Assembly: GCF_044647545.1 (NCBI RefSeq) | Contig: NZ_CP172818.1 | Length of the DNA: 64,000 bases | DNA from: Escherichia coli | GTDB lineage: Bacteria; Pseudomonadota; Gammaproteobacteria; Enterobacterales; Enterobacteriaceae | Direction: 5' to 3' (one strand) | Shown: piece by piece, positions 12,270-36,254 of the stretch | Layout: each line of letters starts with the position of its first letter | How positions within the stretch are numbered: the first letter of the stretch is position 1 | Program-made: the position numbers and the translations under genes | Notes under the pieces: generated by a model | Told to the model about the DNA's origin: nothing | The model's database searches: none | Seen by the model: the letters and a program-made list of their open reading frames with translations, nothing else

Positions 12270-14111
12270 ATGGAGCAAAACCCGCAGTCACAGCTGAAAC
12301 TTCTTGTCACCCGTGGTAAGGAGCAAGGCTATCTGACCTATGCCGAGGTCAATGACCATCTGCCGGAAGATATCGTCGATTCAGATCAGATCGAAGACAT
12401 CATCCAAATGATCAACGACATGGGCATTCAGGTGATGGAAGAAGCACCGGATGCCGATGATCTGATGCTGGCTGAAAACACCGCGGACGAAGATGCTGCC
12501 GAAGCCGCCGCGCAGGTGCTTTCCAGCGTGGAATCTGAAATCGGGCGCACGACTGACCCGGTACGCATGTACATGCGTGAAATGGGCACCGTTGAACTGT
12601 TGACCCGCGAAGGCGAAATTGACATCGCTAAGCGTATTGAAGACGGGATCAACCAGGTTCAATGCTCCGTTGCTGAATATCCGGAAGCGATCACCTATCT
12701 GCTGGAACAGTACGATCGTGTTGAAGCAGAAGAAGCGCGTCTGTCCGATCTGATCACCGGCTTTGTTGACCCGAACGCAGAAGAAGATCTGGCACCTACC
12801 GCCACTCACGTCGGTTCTGAGCTTTCCCAGGAAGATCTGGACGATGACGAAGATGAAGACGAAGAAGATGGCGATGACGACAGCGCCGATGATGACAACA
12901 GCATCGACCCGGAACTGGCTCGCGAAAAATTTGCGGAACTGCGCGCTCAGTACGTTGTAACGCGTGACACCATCAAAGCGAAAGGTCGCAGTCACGCTGC
13001 CGCTCAGGAAGAGATCCTGAAACTGTCTGAAGTATTCAAACAGTTCCGCCTGGTGCCAAAGCAGTTTGACTACCTGGTCAACAGCATGCGCGTCATGATG
13101 GACCGCGTTCGTACGCAAGAACGTCTGATCATGAAGCTCTGCGTTGAGCAGTGCAAAATGCCGAAGAAAAACTTCATTACCCTGTTTACCGGCAACGAAA
13201 CCAGCGATACCTGGTTCAACGCGGCAATTGCGATGAACAAGCCGTGGTCGGAAAAACTGCACGATGTCTCTGAAGAAGTGCATCGCGCCCTGCAGAAACT
13301 GCAGCAGATTGAAGAAGAAACCGGCCTGACCATCGAGCAGGTTAAAGATATCAACCGTCGTATGTCCATCGGTGAAGCGAAAGCCCGCCGTGCGAAGAAA
13401 GAGATGGTTGAAGCGAACTTACGTCTGGTTATTTCTATCGCCAAGAAATACACCAACCGTGGCTTGCAGTTCCTTGACCTGATTCAGGAAGGTAACATCG
13501 GCCTGATGAAAGCGGTTGATAAATTCGAATACCGCCGTGGTTACAAGTTCTCCACCTACGCAACCTGGTGGATCCGTCAGGCGATCACCCGTTCTATCGC
13601 GGATCAGGCGCGCACCATCCGTATTCCGGTGCATATGATTGAGACTATCAACAAACTCAACCGTATTTCTCGCCAGATGCTGCAAGAGATGGGCCGTGAA
13701 CCGACGCCGGAAGAACTGGCTGAACGTATGCTGATGCCGGAAGACAAGATCCGCAAAGTGCTGAAGATCGCCAAAGAGCCAATCTCCATGGAAACGCCGA
13801 TCGGTGATGATGAAGATTCGCATCTGGGGGATTTCATCGAGGATACCACCCTCGAGCTGCCGCTGGATTCTGCGACCACCGAAAGCCTGCGTGCGGCAAC
13901 GCACGACGTGCTGGCTGGCCTGACCGCGCGTGAAGCGAAAGTTCTGCGTATGCGTTTCGGTATCGATATGAACACCGACCACACGCTGGAAGAAGTGGGT
14001 AAACAGTTCGACGTTACCCGCGAACGTATCCGTCAGATCGAAGCGAAGGCGCTGCGCAAACTGCGTCACCCGAGCCGTTCTGAAGTGCTGCGTAGCTTCC
14101 TGGACGATTAA
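12270..14111 (+). CDS. rpoD: RNA polymerase sigma-70 factor
   Basis: ORF 613 aa with acidic region 1.1 insert and regions 2-4 (e.g. [13 protein letters not shown], region 4.2 HTH). Confidence 0.95.
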   Translation: MEQNPQSQLKLLVTRGKEQGYLTYAEVNDHLPEDIVDSDQIEDIIQMINDMGIQVMEEAPDADDLMLAENTADEDAAEAAAQVLSSVESEIGRTTDPVRMYMREMGTVELLTREGEIDIAKRIEDGINQVQCSVAEYPEAITYLLEQYDRVEAEEARLSDLITGFVDPNAEEDLAPTATHVGSELSQEDLDDDEDEDEEDGDDDSADDDNSIDPELAREKFAELRAQYVVTRDTIKAKGRSHAAAQEEILKLSEVFKQFRLVPKQFDYLVNSMRVMMDRVRTQERLIMKLCVEQCKMPKKNFITLFTGNETSDTWFNAAIAMNKPWSEKLHDVSEEVHRALQKLQQIEEETGLTIEQVKDINRRMSIGEAKARRAKKEMVEANLRLVISIAKKYTNRGLQFLDLIQEGNIGLMKAVDKFEYRRGYKFSTYATWWIRQAITRSIADQARTIRIPVHMIETINKLNRISRQMLQEMGREPTPEELAERMLMPEDKIRKVLKIAKEPISMETPIGDDEDSHLGDFIEDTTLELPLDSATTESLRAATHDVLAGLTAREAKVLRMRFGIDMNTDHTLEEVGKQFDVTRERIRQIEAKALRKLRHPSRSEVLRSFLDD

Positions 14112-14115
14112 TCGG

Positions 14116-14148
14116 TAGGCCGGATCAGGCGTTACGCCGCACCCGGCA
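14116..14148. repeat. REP-like element downstream of rpoD
   Basis: taggccggatcaggcgttacgccgcacccggca palindromic unit. Confidence 0.45.
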
Positions 14149-14164
14149 CTAGTCCCTCTGCACA

Positions 14165-14192
14165 AACGCCACCTTTTCGGTGGCGTTTTTTA
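14165..14192 (+). terminator. rho-independent terminator after rpoD (possibly bidirectional with mug)
   Basis: Hairpin acgccacc-ttttc-ggtggcgt followed by T-run. Confidence 0.6.
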
Positions 14193-14696
14193 TCGCCCAC
14201 GCACTACCAGCGCCTGGTCCAACTCGCGATACGCTTCAACCAGTTTCTCCAGTGAAACGCGACTTAAACCGCTGGGATTTGGCAGCACCCAAATCTGCGT
14301 CGAACCAATGGTGAGCGTTTGTTTCCCCCACTGTGCACCGCGCTGGCTGAATCCCTGTTCATATGCTTGTTTGCCCAGAATCGCCAACGCCTGCGGCTGA
14401 TAATCTTCTATTTTTTCAATTAGCTTACGCCCGCCTGCGTGTAGCTCCTGCTTTGAAACTTCATTGGCTTGCACCGTTGGACGGTCTACCAGTTTGGTGA
14501 CGCCACAACGATAATCCAGCAGATGCTGTGCCTCCTGCGGCTTCAACTGACGGTCGGTAAACCCGGCCTGATATATCACCTTCCAGAAGCGATTTGCCGG
14601 ATGAGCAAAGGGAAAACCCGTTCCGGCGGATGAAAGCCCAGGGTTGATACCGCAAAACACGACCCGTAACCCTGGAGCCAAAATATCCTCAACCAT
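14190..14696 (-). CDS. mug: G/U mismatch-specific DNA glycosylase
   Basis: ORF 168 aa; UDG-family motif GINPGL. Confidence 0.9.
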
Positions 14697-14820
14697 ATTT
14701 ACTCCTTTCTAACATCACCAGGAAAAGTATAACGGATTGAAAATACATTGTTTATAAAAACAGCAGGCGCGCGGTAATGGCTGGATTGCGACACGGAGTT
14801 ACTTTATAATCCGCTACCAT

Positions 14821-14896
14821 GGCCCCTTAGCTCAGTGGTTAGAGCAGGCGACTCATAATCGCTTGGTCGCTGGTTCAAGTCCAGCAGGGGCCACCA
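14821..14896 (+). tRNA. ileX: tRNA-Ile2 (anticodon CAU, lysidine-modified)
   Basis: 76-nt ggccccttagctcagtggttagagcaggcgactCATaatcgc...ggggccacca with encoded CCA; anticodon at 14854-14856. Confidence 0.9.
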
Positions 14897-14904
14897 GATA
14901 TAGC

Positions 14905-14940
14905 AAAGGCTGACGAGAAATCGTCAGCCTTTTTCTTTTT
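14905..14940 (+). terminator. rho-independent terminator after ileX
   Basis: Hairpin ggctgacga-gaaa-tcgtcagcc followed by tttttcttttt. Confidence 0.65.
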
Positions 14941-14949
14941 ATATATCAG

Positions 14950-15714
14950 TTACTTTGCGTGCCAGTAAGCCGCTGCACGTACCCGCTGTGGGTCATACTG
15001 TTCCGCTTCAAAGCGGCGGCTTAAATTCTTAACGACTTTGCCTTCGCCGGTTATCCAGATGAAGTAATCATCGGCAGGGATTTGCATCTGCGCCAGACGC
15101 GCATCTACCGCCTGCTCATCATGCGCCAGCCATTCGATATTAAAACCATCAAGGTGCGCGAGATAATCCTGGCAGGCGTGATCCCGCACGCTAACCAGTG
15201 CGCTAACTTGCGGTTTAACAGCAAGTTTGCTCAACGTTTCCAGGCGGCGGCGCAGTGCGGGCATTCCGGATTCATCGCAGACATACAGCTGATACGCGTA
15301 ATCCTCTGGCACCACCAGCGAACCGCGCGGACCTGCCACCGTGAGTTTATCGCCCGGTTGCGCCTGCATTGCCCAGCTGCTGGCGACGCCACCGTCGTGA
15401 ATAAAGAAATCAATCGCCAGTTCATGGCGTAGTTCGTCATACAGCGGCGTATAGTCACGCGACGGTGGGCGTGGTCCTTCCGGCCAGACGATGCCCTCTT
15501 CCGTTACCGTTGGCGGCACAAAGTGAGCATCAGATTGAGGAAAGAAGAGTTTGCTGTGATCGTCAAAGCCGCGCGATGTAAAACCGTCCAGCGCCTCGCC
15601 GCCAAGGACAATGCGCTGAAAACCGGCGCTAATACGCTCAGCGCGTAGCACAGTCAATTCACGGAAGCGCAGATCATTGCGAACGCGCTGCGGGTAGCGG
15701 GGGGAGTTATTCAT
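14950..15714 (-). CDS. yqjH: NADPH-dependent ferric-siderophore reductase
   Basis: ORF 254 aa; ViuB/FAD-binding siderophore-interacting fold; Fur box upstream. Confidence 0.85.
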   Translation of the reverse strand: MNNSPRYPQRVRNDLRFRELTVLRAERISAGFQRIVLGGEALDGFTSRGFDDHSKLFFPQSDAHFVPPTVTEEGIVWPEGPRPPSRDYTPLYDELRHELAIDFFIHDGGVASSWAMQAQPGDKLTVAGPRGSLVVPEDYAYQLYVCDESGMPALRRRLETLSKLAVKPQVSALVSVRDHACQDYLAHLDGFNIEWLAHDEQAVDARLAQMQIPADDYFIWITGEGKVVKNLSRRFEAEQYDPQRVRAAAYWHAK

Positions 15715-15737
15715 TGTTATCGCCTTCGTGATAGTAA

Positions 15738-15752
15738 TCAGATATATCTAAA
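15738..15752. promoter_or_regulatory. palindromic candidate operator (core agatatatct) near yqjH promoter
   Basis: Perfect 10-bp palindrome agatatatct at 15740-15749; second copy at 15959-15968. Confidence 0.4.
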
Positions 15753-15761
15753 TAAATTTCG

Positions 15762-15790
15762 CAAATGATAATGATTGTTAATCATGATAA
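15762..15790. promoter_or_regulatory. Fur box in yqjH promoter region
   Basis: aatgataatgattgttaatcatgataaat resembles Fur consensus GATAATGATAATCATTATC. Confidence 0.55.
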
Positions 15791-15853
15791 ATGCAAGCGA
15801 TTTGTAGAACTGATATATCTGAAGTATGAGAAGACATTCAGCGTCGTAGCAAG

Positions 15854-15890
15854 GCTGCCGGATGCGGCGTGAACGAATTATCCGGCCTGG
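15854..15890. repeat. REP-like element in yqjH-yqjI intergenic region
   Basis: gctgccggatgcggcgtgaacgaattatccggcctgg. Confidence 0.45.
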
Positions 15891-15956
15891 ATGTGAGGTG
15901 TATTCACGTTTAAAAATCATTTTTATACTTGCAAAAGCGCTCATATCAGATATAAA

Positions 15957-15970
15957 TTAGATATATCTAA
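15957..15970. promoter_or_regulatory. 14-bp perfect palindrome, candidate YqjI operator upstream of yqjI
   Basis: ttagatatatctaa is its own reverse complement; lies about 20 bp upstream of the yqjI start. Confidence 0.4.
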
Positions 15971-15990
15971 TTAAGCAAAAGGAGGCTGAT

Positions 15991-16614
15991 ATGAGCCATC
16001 ATCACGAAGGGTGTTGTAAACATGAAGGCCAGCCACGCCATGAAGGCTGCTGCAAAGGTGAGAAGTCAGAACATGAGCACTGCGGACACGGTCACCAGCA
16101 TGAACACGGTCAATGCTGCGGTGGTCGCCACGGTCGCGGCGGCGGTCGTCGGCAGCGTTTCTTTGGTCACGGTGAATTGCGTCTGGTGATTCTGGATATT
16201 CTCTCGCGCGATGACAGCCACGGTTACGAATTGATTAAAGCGATTGAGAATCTAACCCAGGGGAATTACACCCCAAGCCCGGGCGTCATCTACCCAACGC
16301 TGGATTTTCTGCAGGAGCAGTCGCTGATTACCATCCGCGAAGAGGAAGGTGGTAAGAAGCAGATTGCACTGACCGAACAGGGCGCGCAGTGGCTGGAAGA
16401 AAACCGCGAACAGGTGGAGATGATCGAAGAACGCATCAAAGCGCGTTGCGTTGGTGCTGCACTCCGCCAGAACCCGCAAATGAAGCGGGCGCTGGATAAT
16501 TTTAAAGCGGTGCTGGATTTACGCGTCAACCAGAGCGATATCACTGATGCACAAATAAAAAAGATCATTGCGGTGATCGACCGCGCCGCTTTTGATATTA
16601 CCCAACTGGATTAA
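15991..16614 (+). CDS. yqjI: PadR-family metal-responsive transcriptional repressor with His/Cys-rich N-terminal tail
   Basis: ORF 207 aa; N-terminus MSHHHEGCCKHEGQPRHEGCCKGEKSEHEHCGHGHQHEH... Confidence 0.85.
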   Translation: MSHHHEGCCKHEGQPRHEGCCKGEKSEHEHCGHGHQHEHGQCCGGRHGRGGGRRQRFFGHGELRLVILDILSRDDSHGYELIKAIENLTQGNYTPSPGVIYPTLDFLQEQSLITIREEEGGKKQIALTEQGAQWLEENREQVEMIEERIKARCVGAALRQNPQMKRALDNFKAVLDLRVNQSDITDAQIKKIIAVIDRAAFDITQLD

Positions 16615-16700
16615 CGGATGCGGCGTACCCCTACCCCCCCCGTAGGCCTGATAAGATGCGCCAGCATCGCATCAGGCATTGTGCTCCAACCGCCGGATCC
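16615..16700. repeat. REP elements between yqjI and aer
   Basis: cggatgcggcgtacccc...gcctgataagatgcgccagcatcgcatcaggc...ccggatccggcata. Confidence 0.5.
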
Positions 16701-16710
16701 GGCATACCGA

Positions 16711-18231
16711 TTAATGCAGCACCGTCACCGCGTCTTCCAGTCGGCTGGCGCGGTGTTTCACCATCGCCGACACCTGCGCACTCTCTTCCACTAACTCGGC
16801 GTTTTTCTGGGTGATCAGGTTAAGCTCATCCACTGCACGGGTCAGGCTGGAAAGCCCATCGGCCTGTTCCAGCGTTGAATGGCTAATCTGAGCTATCAAC
16901 TGGGTGACGTTTTTTACCTGTGCCACAATATCTTCCATCGTCCGTCCGGCGGCGTGTACCTGCTGCGAACCGGATTGCACCTTATCAGCACTGGCATCAA
17001 TCAGCTTGCGAATATCGTTGGCAGCATTGGCGCTGCGGCTGGCTAAATGACGCACTTCCCCCGCCACCACTGCAAAACCTTTGCCCTGTTCGCCGGCACG
17101 CGCCGCTTCCACCGCCGCATTCAGGGCCAGAATATTGGTCTGAAACGCAATATCGTTAATCAGCGAAGTAATGGTGCCAATGCGCTGGGTACTGTCGGCA
17201 ATATCGTCCATTGTCTTGATCACCGTAGTCATCGCCTCTCCGCCCTGCACTGCCGCATTACTGGCAGTGATAGAAAGTTTATCGGCAGCCGACGCCGTGG
17301 CAGAGTTCTGTTTCACCGACGCCGCCATTTGGTTCATGGTCGCCACCGTTTGCTGAACGTTATCAACTGTCTGCTGGGTATGTTCGTTCAGTTCATCGGT
17401 GCCTTTCGCCAGCGTCTCACTGCCATTTCTGACACTGGACACCTGGCTTGAGACATCGTTAATTAGCCAACGGCACATCAGACCAAGCTGCCCTACCGCG
17501 CGTAATGTCAGCCCCAGCTCATCGCTGCGATTCAGATGCTCAACACTATTACGCTCTCCGGTCGCCACCTTCAGCGCCTGACGGGCGACATTTTCTATCG
17601 GGCGCACAATCTGCCATTCAAAACAAGCGCTTGCCAACAATACCACTAACGCACAGAGGATATACGTCACCACCGGGGCAGCAACAAACCAAAGCATGGC
17701 CGCCAGCAAGATAAACATCAGGGTCATCACGCCACGCGCCCGCCAGCGAAGCGGTAATGAAGGCAGTTTTCCCAACCAACCTTTACGCACCACCAGGCCT
17801 TTATGAATACGCTTACTGGTCCGTCCGGCGTTCAACGCTTTGTACAGCGGCTCCACCGCCGCGATCTCTTCATCCGTCGCCCGGGTACGAATCGACATAT
17901 AGCCACTGATTTTTCCCTCGCGCACCATCGGTACCGCATTGGCCCGCACCCAATAATGGTCGCCATTTTTGCGGCGATTTTTCACGATGCCGCTCCAGGG
18001 CTCCCCTTTTTTCAGGGTGAACCACATATCCGCAAACGCCGCTTTTGGCATATCCGGGTGACGCACCATGTTGTGCGGTTGCCCCTGTAACTCCTGCAAG
18101 GTATAGCCGCTCACCTGCACAAAAGTGTCATTAGCATGAGTGATATAGCTTTGCAGATCGGTAGTGGACATCAGAGTGGTGTCGTCCGCCAGCGGGGTAT
18201 TTTGCTGGGTGACATACGGATGAGAAGACAT
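16711..18231 (-). CDS. aer: aerotaxis receptor (PAS-FAD sensor, HAMP, MCP signalling domain)
   Basis: ORF 506 aa with PAS N-terminus and methyl-accepting chemotaxis signalling domain. Confidence 0.9.
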   Translation of the reverse strand: MSSHPYVTQQNTPLADDTTLMSTTDLQSYITHANDTFVQVSGYTLQELQGQPHNMVRHPDMPKAAFADMWFTLKKGEPWSGIVKNRRKNGDHYWVRANAVPMVREGKISGYMSIRTRATDEEIAAVEPLYKALNAGRTSKRIHKGLVVRKGWLGKLPSLPLRWRARGVMTLMFILLAAMLWFVAAPVVTYILCALVVLLASACFEWQIVRPIENVARQALKVATGERNSVEHLNRSDELGLTLRAVGQLGLMCRWLINDVSSQVSSVRNGSETLAKGTDELNEHTQQTVDNVQQTVATMNQMAASVKQNSATASAADKLSITASNAAVQGGEAMTTVIKTMDDIADSTQRIGTITSLINDIAFQTNILALNAAVEAARAGEQGKGFAVVAGEVRHLASRSANAANDIRKLIDASADKVQSGSQQVHAAGRTMEDIVAQVKNVTQLIAQISHSTLEQADGLSSLTRAVDELNLITQKNAELVEESAQVSAMVKHRASRLEDAVTVLH

Positions 18232-18513
18232 GTTCGCGTCCTGTGCAGGTTATATGGTTGTTAACTTCTTGTCAGAGTTTATGTCGGCCCCGCTGCGGTT
18301 ATCTTTAACCAATTAATTTGATTTAGATCGCAATTTGCGACTAAAGCACAAATCTAATTCCTTGATTTAAAATACTTTCACTCTGTTACTATACGAAAAC
18401 GTTAATTATCTTGCCCAAAAATCAGGCAATTATTGCCCTGAAAGCGTGCATTTGCGCAGCAATCATCAAATCCATACCCGACAAAAACCGTGCAAAATAA
18501 CAGCAAATGTTAG

Positions 18514-20065
<1,552 letters not shown>

Positions 20066-20069
20066 CTTT

Positions 20070-20426
<357 letters not shown>

Positions 20427-20435
20427 TTACTAAAT

Positions 20436-20471
<36 letters not shown>

Positions 20472-20472
20472 C

Positions 20473-30383
<9,911 letters not shown>

Positions 30384-30392
30384 TTAGCAACG

Positions 30393-30482
<90 letters not shown>

Positions 30483-30581
30483 CCACCGGGCGTATTCTTT
30501 TTGAATCCCATCACAAACCCCGCACTCCCCTTTTCCCTTTTCTCCGGCGACGGCTAAATTAGAACTCATCCGACCACATAA

Positions 30582-32627
<2,046 letters not shown>

Positions 32628-32640
32628 ATCGTTGTTTGAA

Positions 32641-32668
32641 GCGCCGGATGCGACGCATCCGGCACGTC
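32641..32668. repeat. REP-like palindromic unit
   Basis: gcgccggatgcgacgcatccggcacgtc. Confidence 0.5.
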
Positions 32669-32671
32669 GCG

Positions 32672-33088
32672 TTAATCAATAAACAAGGCGGGAGAAATAC
32701 CGAATCGCGTTGCCAGTTTTTTAGCGTGTTCCAGCGTTAATTTCCTCTTCCCGCTCAAAACGCGTGACACCATCGATTTACTGCCTATTTCCGGAAGATC
32801 GGAAAGGGTTAAACCATATTGATCCATAAGGGTACGAATCACGGCTATACCGCCAGGCATGGCTTGAGCCATGGCATTAAATTCCACAAATTCGGGCGCT
32901 GATTCTTCCCACGCGGTTATTTTGGCACACACCAGATCCAGTAAGGGGTTTTCAGGATCGTTGAGCAGCAGATGATCTACCAGTTCCAGCGCCTGGGTGT
33001 ATTGTTCCTCGTTCTGAATACCCGCCAGAAAAGGTGCCACAGCAGTTAGCTTTTCTCCTGCTTGCAAGATGTCGGCAATCGCAATCAT
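32672..33088 (-). CDS. higA: HigA antitoxin (HTH-XRE)
   Basis: ORF 138 aa MIAIADILQAGEKL...; start ATG overlaps the expected higB stop (ATGA). Confidence 0.85.
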   Translation of the reverse strand: MIAIADILQAGEKLTAVAPFLAGIQNEEQYTQALELVDHLLLNDPENPLLDLVCAKITAWEESAPEFVEFNAMAQAMPGGIAVIRTLMDQYGLTLSDLPEIGSKSMVSRVLSGKRKLTLEHAKKLATRFGISPALFID

Positions 33089-33398
33089 TTTTTCCCCTTA
33101 GTACGATGAACGGCGGTAAAGAAATCGTATTCTTTATGCGTCATAACTTCACGTATGTAGCACTTTTGCGATTCAAAAAAGACCATTGCTACAACACGTA
33201 ATTCATTGCCCCGACATTGAAAACATAATGCTTATCCAGATATTTGAAGTTATCCAGAGAAGGGAATACTGCTTTTAATGACTCAGGTTTTTTGAAATAT
33301 CCCTTAGCAATCGTGTTCCCCAGAGCCACCAACTCCGTTTTATGTTGCGGGTATTTTTCCGCAGCATCTTTCAATGCTTTTTGAGTTATCAGGTGCAT
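33085..33398 (-). pseudogene. higB: HigB mRNA-interferase toxin, disrupted by -1 frameshift in a G-run
   Basis: ORF track shows only 69 aa (33189..33398) ending ...NVGAMNYVL*; adding one G to the G4 run (plus-strand cccc 33209-33212) restores ...NVGGNELRVVAMVFFESQKCYIREVMTHKEYDFFTAVHRTKGKK* (104 aa) ending at the TGA overlapping higA. Confidence 0.75.
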
Positions 33399-33579
33399 TC
33401 TTCATCACGTCCGTTGACAAATTGGCAATATGATAACATCCGTTGACAGATTGGCAACGAATGAATTTATCTGTGTGACGGAAGAATAAACGTAGAAAAA
33501 CGCTAAACAAGAGAATGTAGAGGATGGTGACAGGAATTTTTTGTTTTATGGAAGCGCGATTCCAGAACTGGGCAGACAT

Positions 33580-33670
33580 TGCCGGATGCGACGCTTGCCG
33601 CGTCTTATCCGACCTGGGGGTAATGTGCTGAACGTATGCCGGATAAGGCGTTTACGCCGCATCCGGCAGG
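33580..33670. repeat. REP elements between higB and rlmG
   Basis: gccggatgcgacgcttgccgcgtcttatccgac...gccggataaggcgtttacgccgcatccggc. Confidence 0.55.
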
Positions 33671-33682
33671 TAACCCCCAATC

Positions 33683-34819
33683 TTACCGACGACGCCCCAG
33701 CTTCACTGCTTTCAGCACCACAAATTTATTATTCGTGGCGATGGTGGTGCAGTTGCCGAAAATTTTCTTCAGTTTATGGAAGTAATCCAGGTGACGGTTG
33801 GCAACGATATACAGCTCGCCGTTGATTTTCAGGCAGCGGCGGGCGTGGTGGAACATCTCCCAGGCGACGTTATCGGTCAGCGCATGTTGCTGATGAAACG
33901 GCGGGTTGCAGAGCACAGCATTAAAACGGAAAGGCTCCACGCCGGAAAGCGCGTTGTTGATCATAAACTCGCAGCGATCCAGTGCCTCGGGCATGTTGGT
34001 TTCAACGTTCAAACGGCTGGAAGCAACCGCCATCGGTGATTCATCGACAAACACCACTTTCGCCTGCGGGTTTTTATCGAGCAATGTCAGGCCAATAACG
34101 CCATTACCGCAACCGAGATCGACAATCTCACCTTCGAGATTCTCTGGCAGATGTTGCATAAAGAAGCGCGCGCCAATATCCAGCCCGGTGCGGGAGAAGA
34201 CGTTCGCATGGTTGTGGATAGTCCAGTCAGTACCTTCCAGCTTCCAGCTAACGGTCTGCGGCGCATCGGCCAACGGCGGTTCGTTGAAGGTGCAGTTAAT
34301 CAGGCGCGCTTTCTTCCATGCCAGCGTGGTGGTGGTCGGACCGAGCACTTTTTCGAACAGTTCCAGTGTGGAAGTGTGAATGTCACGGGCTTTGGCACCG
34401 GCAATAATACGCGTATCTGGCGTGACCACTTTGCGCAGCGCACGCAGTTGCTGTTCCAGCAATGCCAGTGTTTTCGGCACTTTGATCAGCACCACACCCG
34501 GCTGTTGCGGGTAGTCGGCGGTGCTGTCGAGAAACTTCACGCTCGACTCATCAATCCCGTTGAGGCGTAAATTCTCGCGCGTGGCCAGTTCACTGATGTA
34601 TGAGTCACCAATGCTGTAGGGCTTATGTTCCGCCAGCGCACAGCTTAACGCACCAAAAGCATCATTCAGGATTAACACCAGGCCGCGGATCTCTGTGTCG
34701 TCCAACTGTTGCAGCAAATATTCATCCGCCGCTTCCCACGCCTGTAGCGGGTTAACGTCATCCGTCGCCGGAAAACGTTGTAGTGTCAGTGAACGGAAAC
34801 CGTTGTCTAAGTGGCTCAT
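33683..34819 (-). CDS. rlmG: 23S rRNA m2G1835 methyltransferase
   Basis: ORF 378 aa with tandem methyltransferase domains. Confidence 0.85.
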   Translation of the reverse strand: MSHLDNGFRSLTLQRFPATDDVNPLQAWEAADEYLLQQLDDTEIRGLVLILNDAFGALSCALAEHKPYSIGDSYISELATRENLRLNGIDESSVKFLDSTADYPQQPGVVLIKVPKTLALLEQQLRALRKVVTPDTRIIAGAKARDIHTSTLELFEKVLGPTTTTLAWKKARLINCTFNEPPLADAPQTVSWKLEGTDWTIHNHANVFSRTGLDIGARFFMQHLPENLEGEIVDLGCGNGVIGLTLLDKNPQAKVVFVDESPMAVASSRLNVETNMPEALDRCEFMINNALSGVEPFRFNAVLCNPPFHQQHALTDNVAWEMFHHARRCLKINGELYIVANRHLDYFHKLKKIFGNCTTIATNNKFVVLKAVKLGRRR

Positions 34820-34903
34820 CGGCCCTCCTGAATGATAAAATTTCGACGTTGCCCCTGAAAAGGGTGCGTGAGTATACCCTTTTTCTCTTTTTCGTGGGCG
34901 GTT

Positions 34904-35407
34904 ATGAGCAATCTTACTTATCTTCAGGGTTATCCCGAGCAGCTACTTTCCCAGGTGCGAACGCTGATTAACGAACAGCGTCTGGGCGATGTGCTGGCAA
35001 AACGTTATCCGGGAACACACGACTACGCCACCGATAAAGCCCTCTGGCAATATACTCAGGATCTTAAAAATCAGTTTCTGCGCAATGCCCCGCCGATCAA
35101 TAAAGTGATGTATGACAATAAGATCCACGTGCTGAAAAACGCGCTCGGATTACATACTGCCGTTTCGCGTGTGCAGGGCGGCAAGCTGAAAGCAAAAGCA
35201 GAGATCCGCGTCGCTACCGTGTTTCGCAACGCGCCGGAACCGTTTTTGCGCATGATCGTGGTGCACGAGCTGGCGCACCTGAAGGAGAAAGAGCATAACA
35301 AAGCGTTTTACCAGTTGTGCTGTCATATGGAACCGCAGTACCACCAGCTTGAGTTCGACACCCGGCTGTGGCTAACGCAGTTGTCGCTTGGGCAGGACAA
35401 AATCTGA
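34904..35407 (+). CDS. ygjP: predicted metal-dependent hydrolase (DUF45/WLM-like, HELAH motif)
   Basis: ORF track 34868..35407; K-12 protein is 167 aa from [13 protein letters not shown]; motif [13 protein letters not shown]. Confidence 0.8.
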   Translation: MSNLTYLQGYPEQLLSQVRTLINEQRLGDVLAKRYPGTHDYATDKALWQYTQDLKNQFLRNAPPINKVMYDNKIHVLKNALGLHTAVSRVQGGKLKAKAEIRVATVFRNAPEPFLRMIVVHELAHLKEKEHNKAFYQLCCHMEPQYHQLEFDTRLWLTQLSLGQDKI

Positions 35408-35483
35408 AAATGATGTCAGGCGTTATTTTTTCCTCCTTTAGCGCCTAAAATCGACCTCCTCCCTTTCGTTAAGGATAACGACC

Positions 35484-36176
35484 ATGCTGCGCGCATTTGC
35501 CCGCCTTCTTCTTCGTATTTGTTTTTCTCGCCGGACTCTTAAAATTGGCTGTTTATTGTTGCTTATAGCAGGAGCGACCATTTTTATTGCCGATCGCGTT
35601 ATGGTCAACGCCAGCAAGCAGCTGACCTGGAGTGATGTCAACGCCGTTCCGGCGCGGAACGTGGGTTTATTGCTGGGGGCGAGGCCGGGTAATCGCTACT
35701 TTACCCGACGTATTGATAGCGCCGCAGAGTTGTACCACGCCGGAAAAGTGAAATGGCTATTGGTGAGCGGCGATAATGGACGTAAAAATTACGATGAAGC
35801 GTCAGGAATGCAGCAAGCCTTGATCGCTAAAGGCGTACCGGCAAAAGCCATCTTCTGCGACTATGCCGGATTCTCAACGCTTGATTCGGTGGTGCGTGCC
35901 AACAAGGTGTTTAGTGAAAACCATATCACCATTATCTCGCAAGAATTTCATAACCAACGCGCCATCTGGCTGGCAAAACAGTATGGTATCGATGCTATCG
36001 GTTTTAACGCGCCAGACCTGAATATGAAGCACGGTTTATATACTCAACTGCGGGAAAAACTTGCCAGAGTCAGCGCGGTGATTGATGCGAAAATCCTCCA
36101 TCGCCAGCCGAAATATCTCGGGCCGTTGGTTATGATTGGGCCGTTTAGTGAGCATGGCTGTCCGGCAAAAGAATAA
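35484..36176 (+). CDS. ygjQ: DUF218-family membrane-anchored protein
   Basis: ORF 230 aa. Confidence 0.8.
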   Translation: MLRAFARLLLRICFSRRTLKIGCLLLLIAGATIFIADRVMVNASKQLTWSDVNAVPARNVGLLLGARPGNRYFTRRIDSAAELYHAGKVKWLLVSGDNGRKNYDEASGMQQALIAKGVPAKAIFCDYAGFSTLDSVVRANKVFSENHITIISQEFHNQRAIWLAKQYGIDAIGFNAPDLNMKHGLYTQLREKLARVSAVIDAKILHRQPKYLGPLVMIGPFSEHGCPAKE

Positions 36177-36254
36177 TGCGTATCTGCGCACGTCGAAGAT
36201 AAAAAAGGCGTGCTACAGTGACGACAGAATCCCTTTATGGAGTATCCACGCGTT

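Noticed and set aside
12381-14165. Long antisense ORFs inside rpoD (12381..13283 -, 300 aa; 13419..14165 -, 248 aa)
   Set aside because: Shadow ORFs on the opposite strand of a strongly codon-biased, well-identified gene; no independent start context or recognisable product.
14821-14896. tRNA ileX as a possible genomic-island integration site
   Set aside because: No integrase, direct repeat of the tRNA 3' end, or foreign gene cluster follows; flanking genes (mug, yqjH) are the normal K-12 neighbours.
32672-33398. higBA considered as part of a larger or novel defence island
   Set aside because: It is an isolated, known type II toxin-antitoxin pair flanked by housekeeping genes (fadH, rlmG) and REP elements; no adjacent defence-type ORFs.
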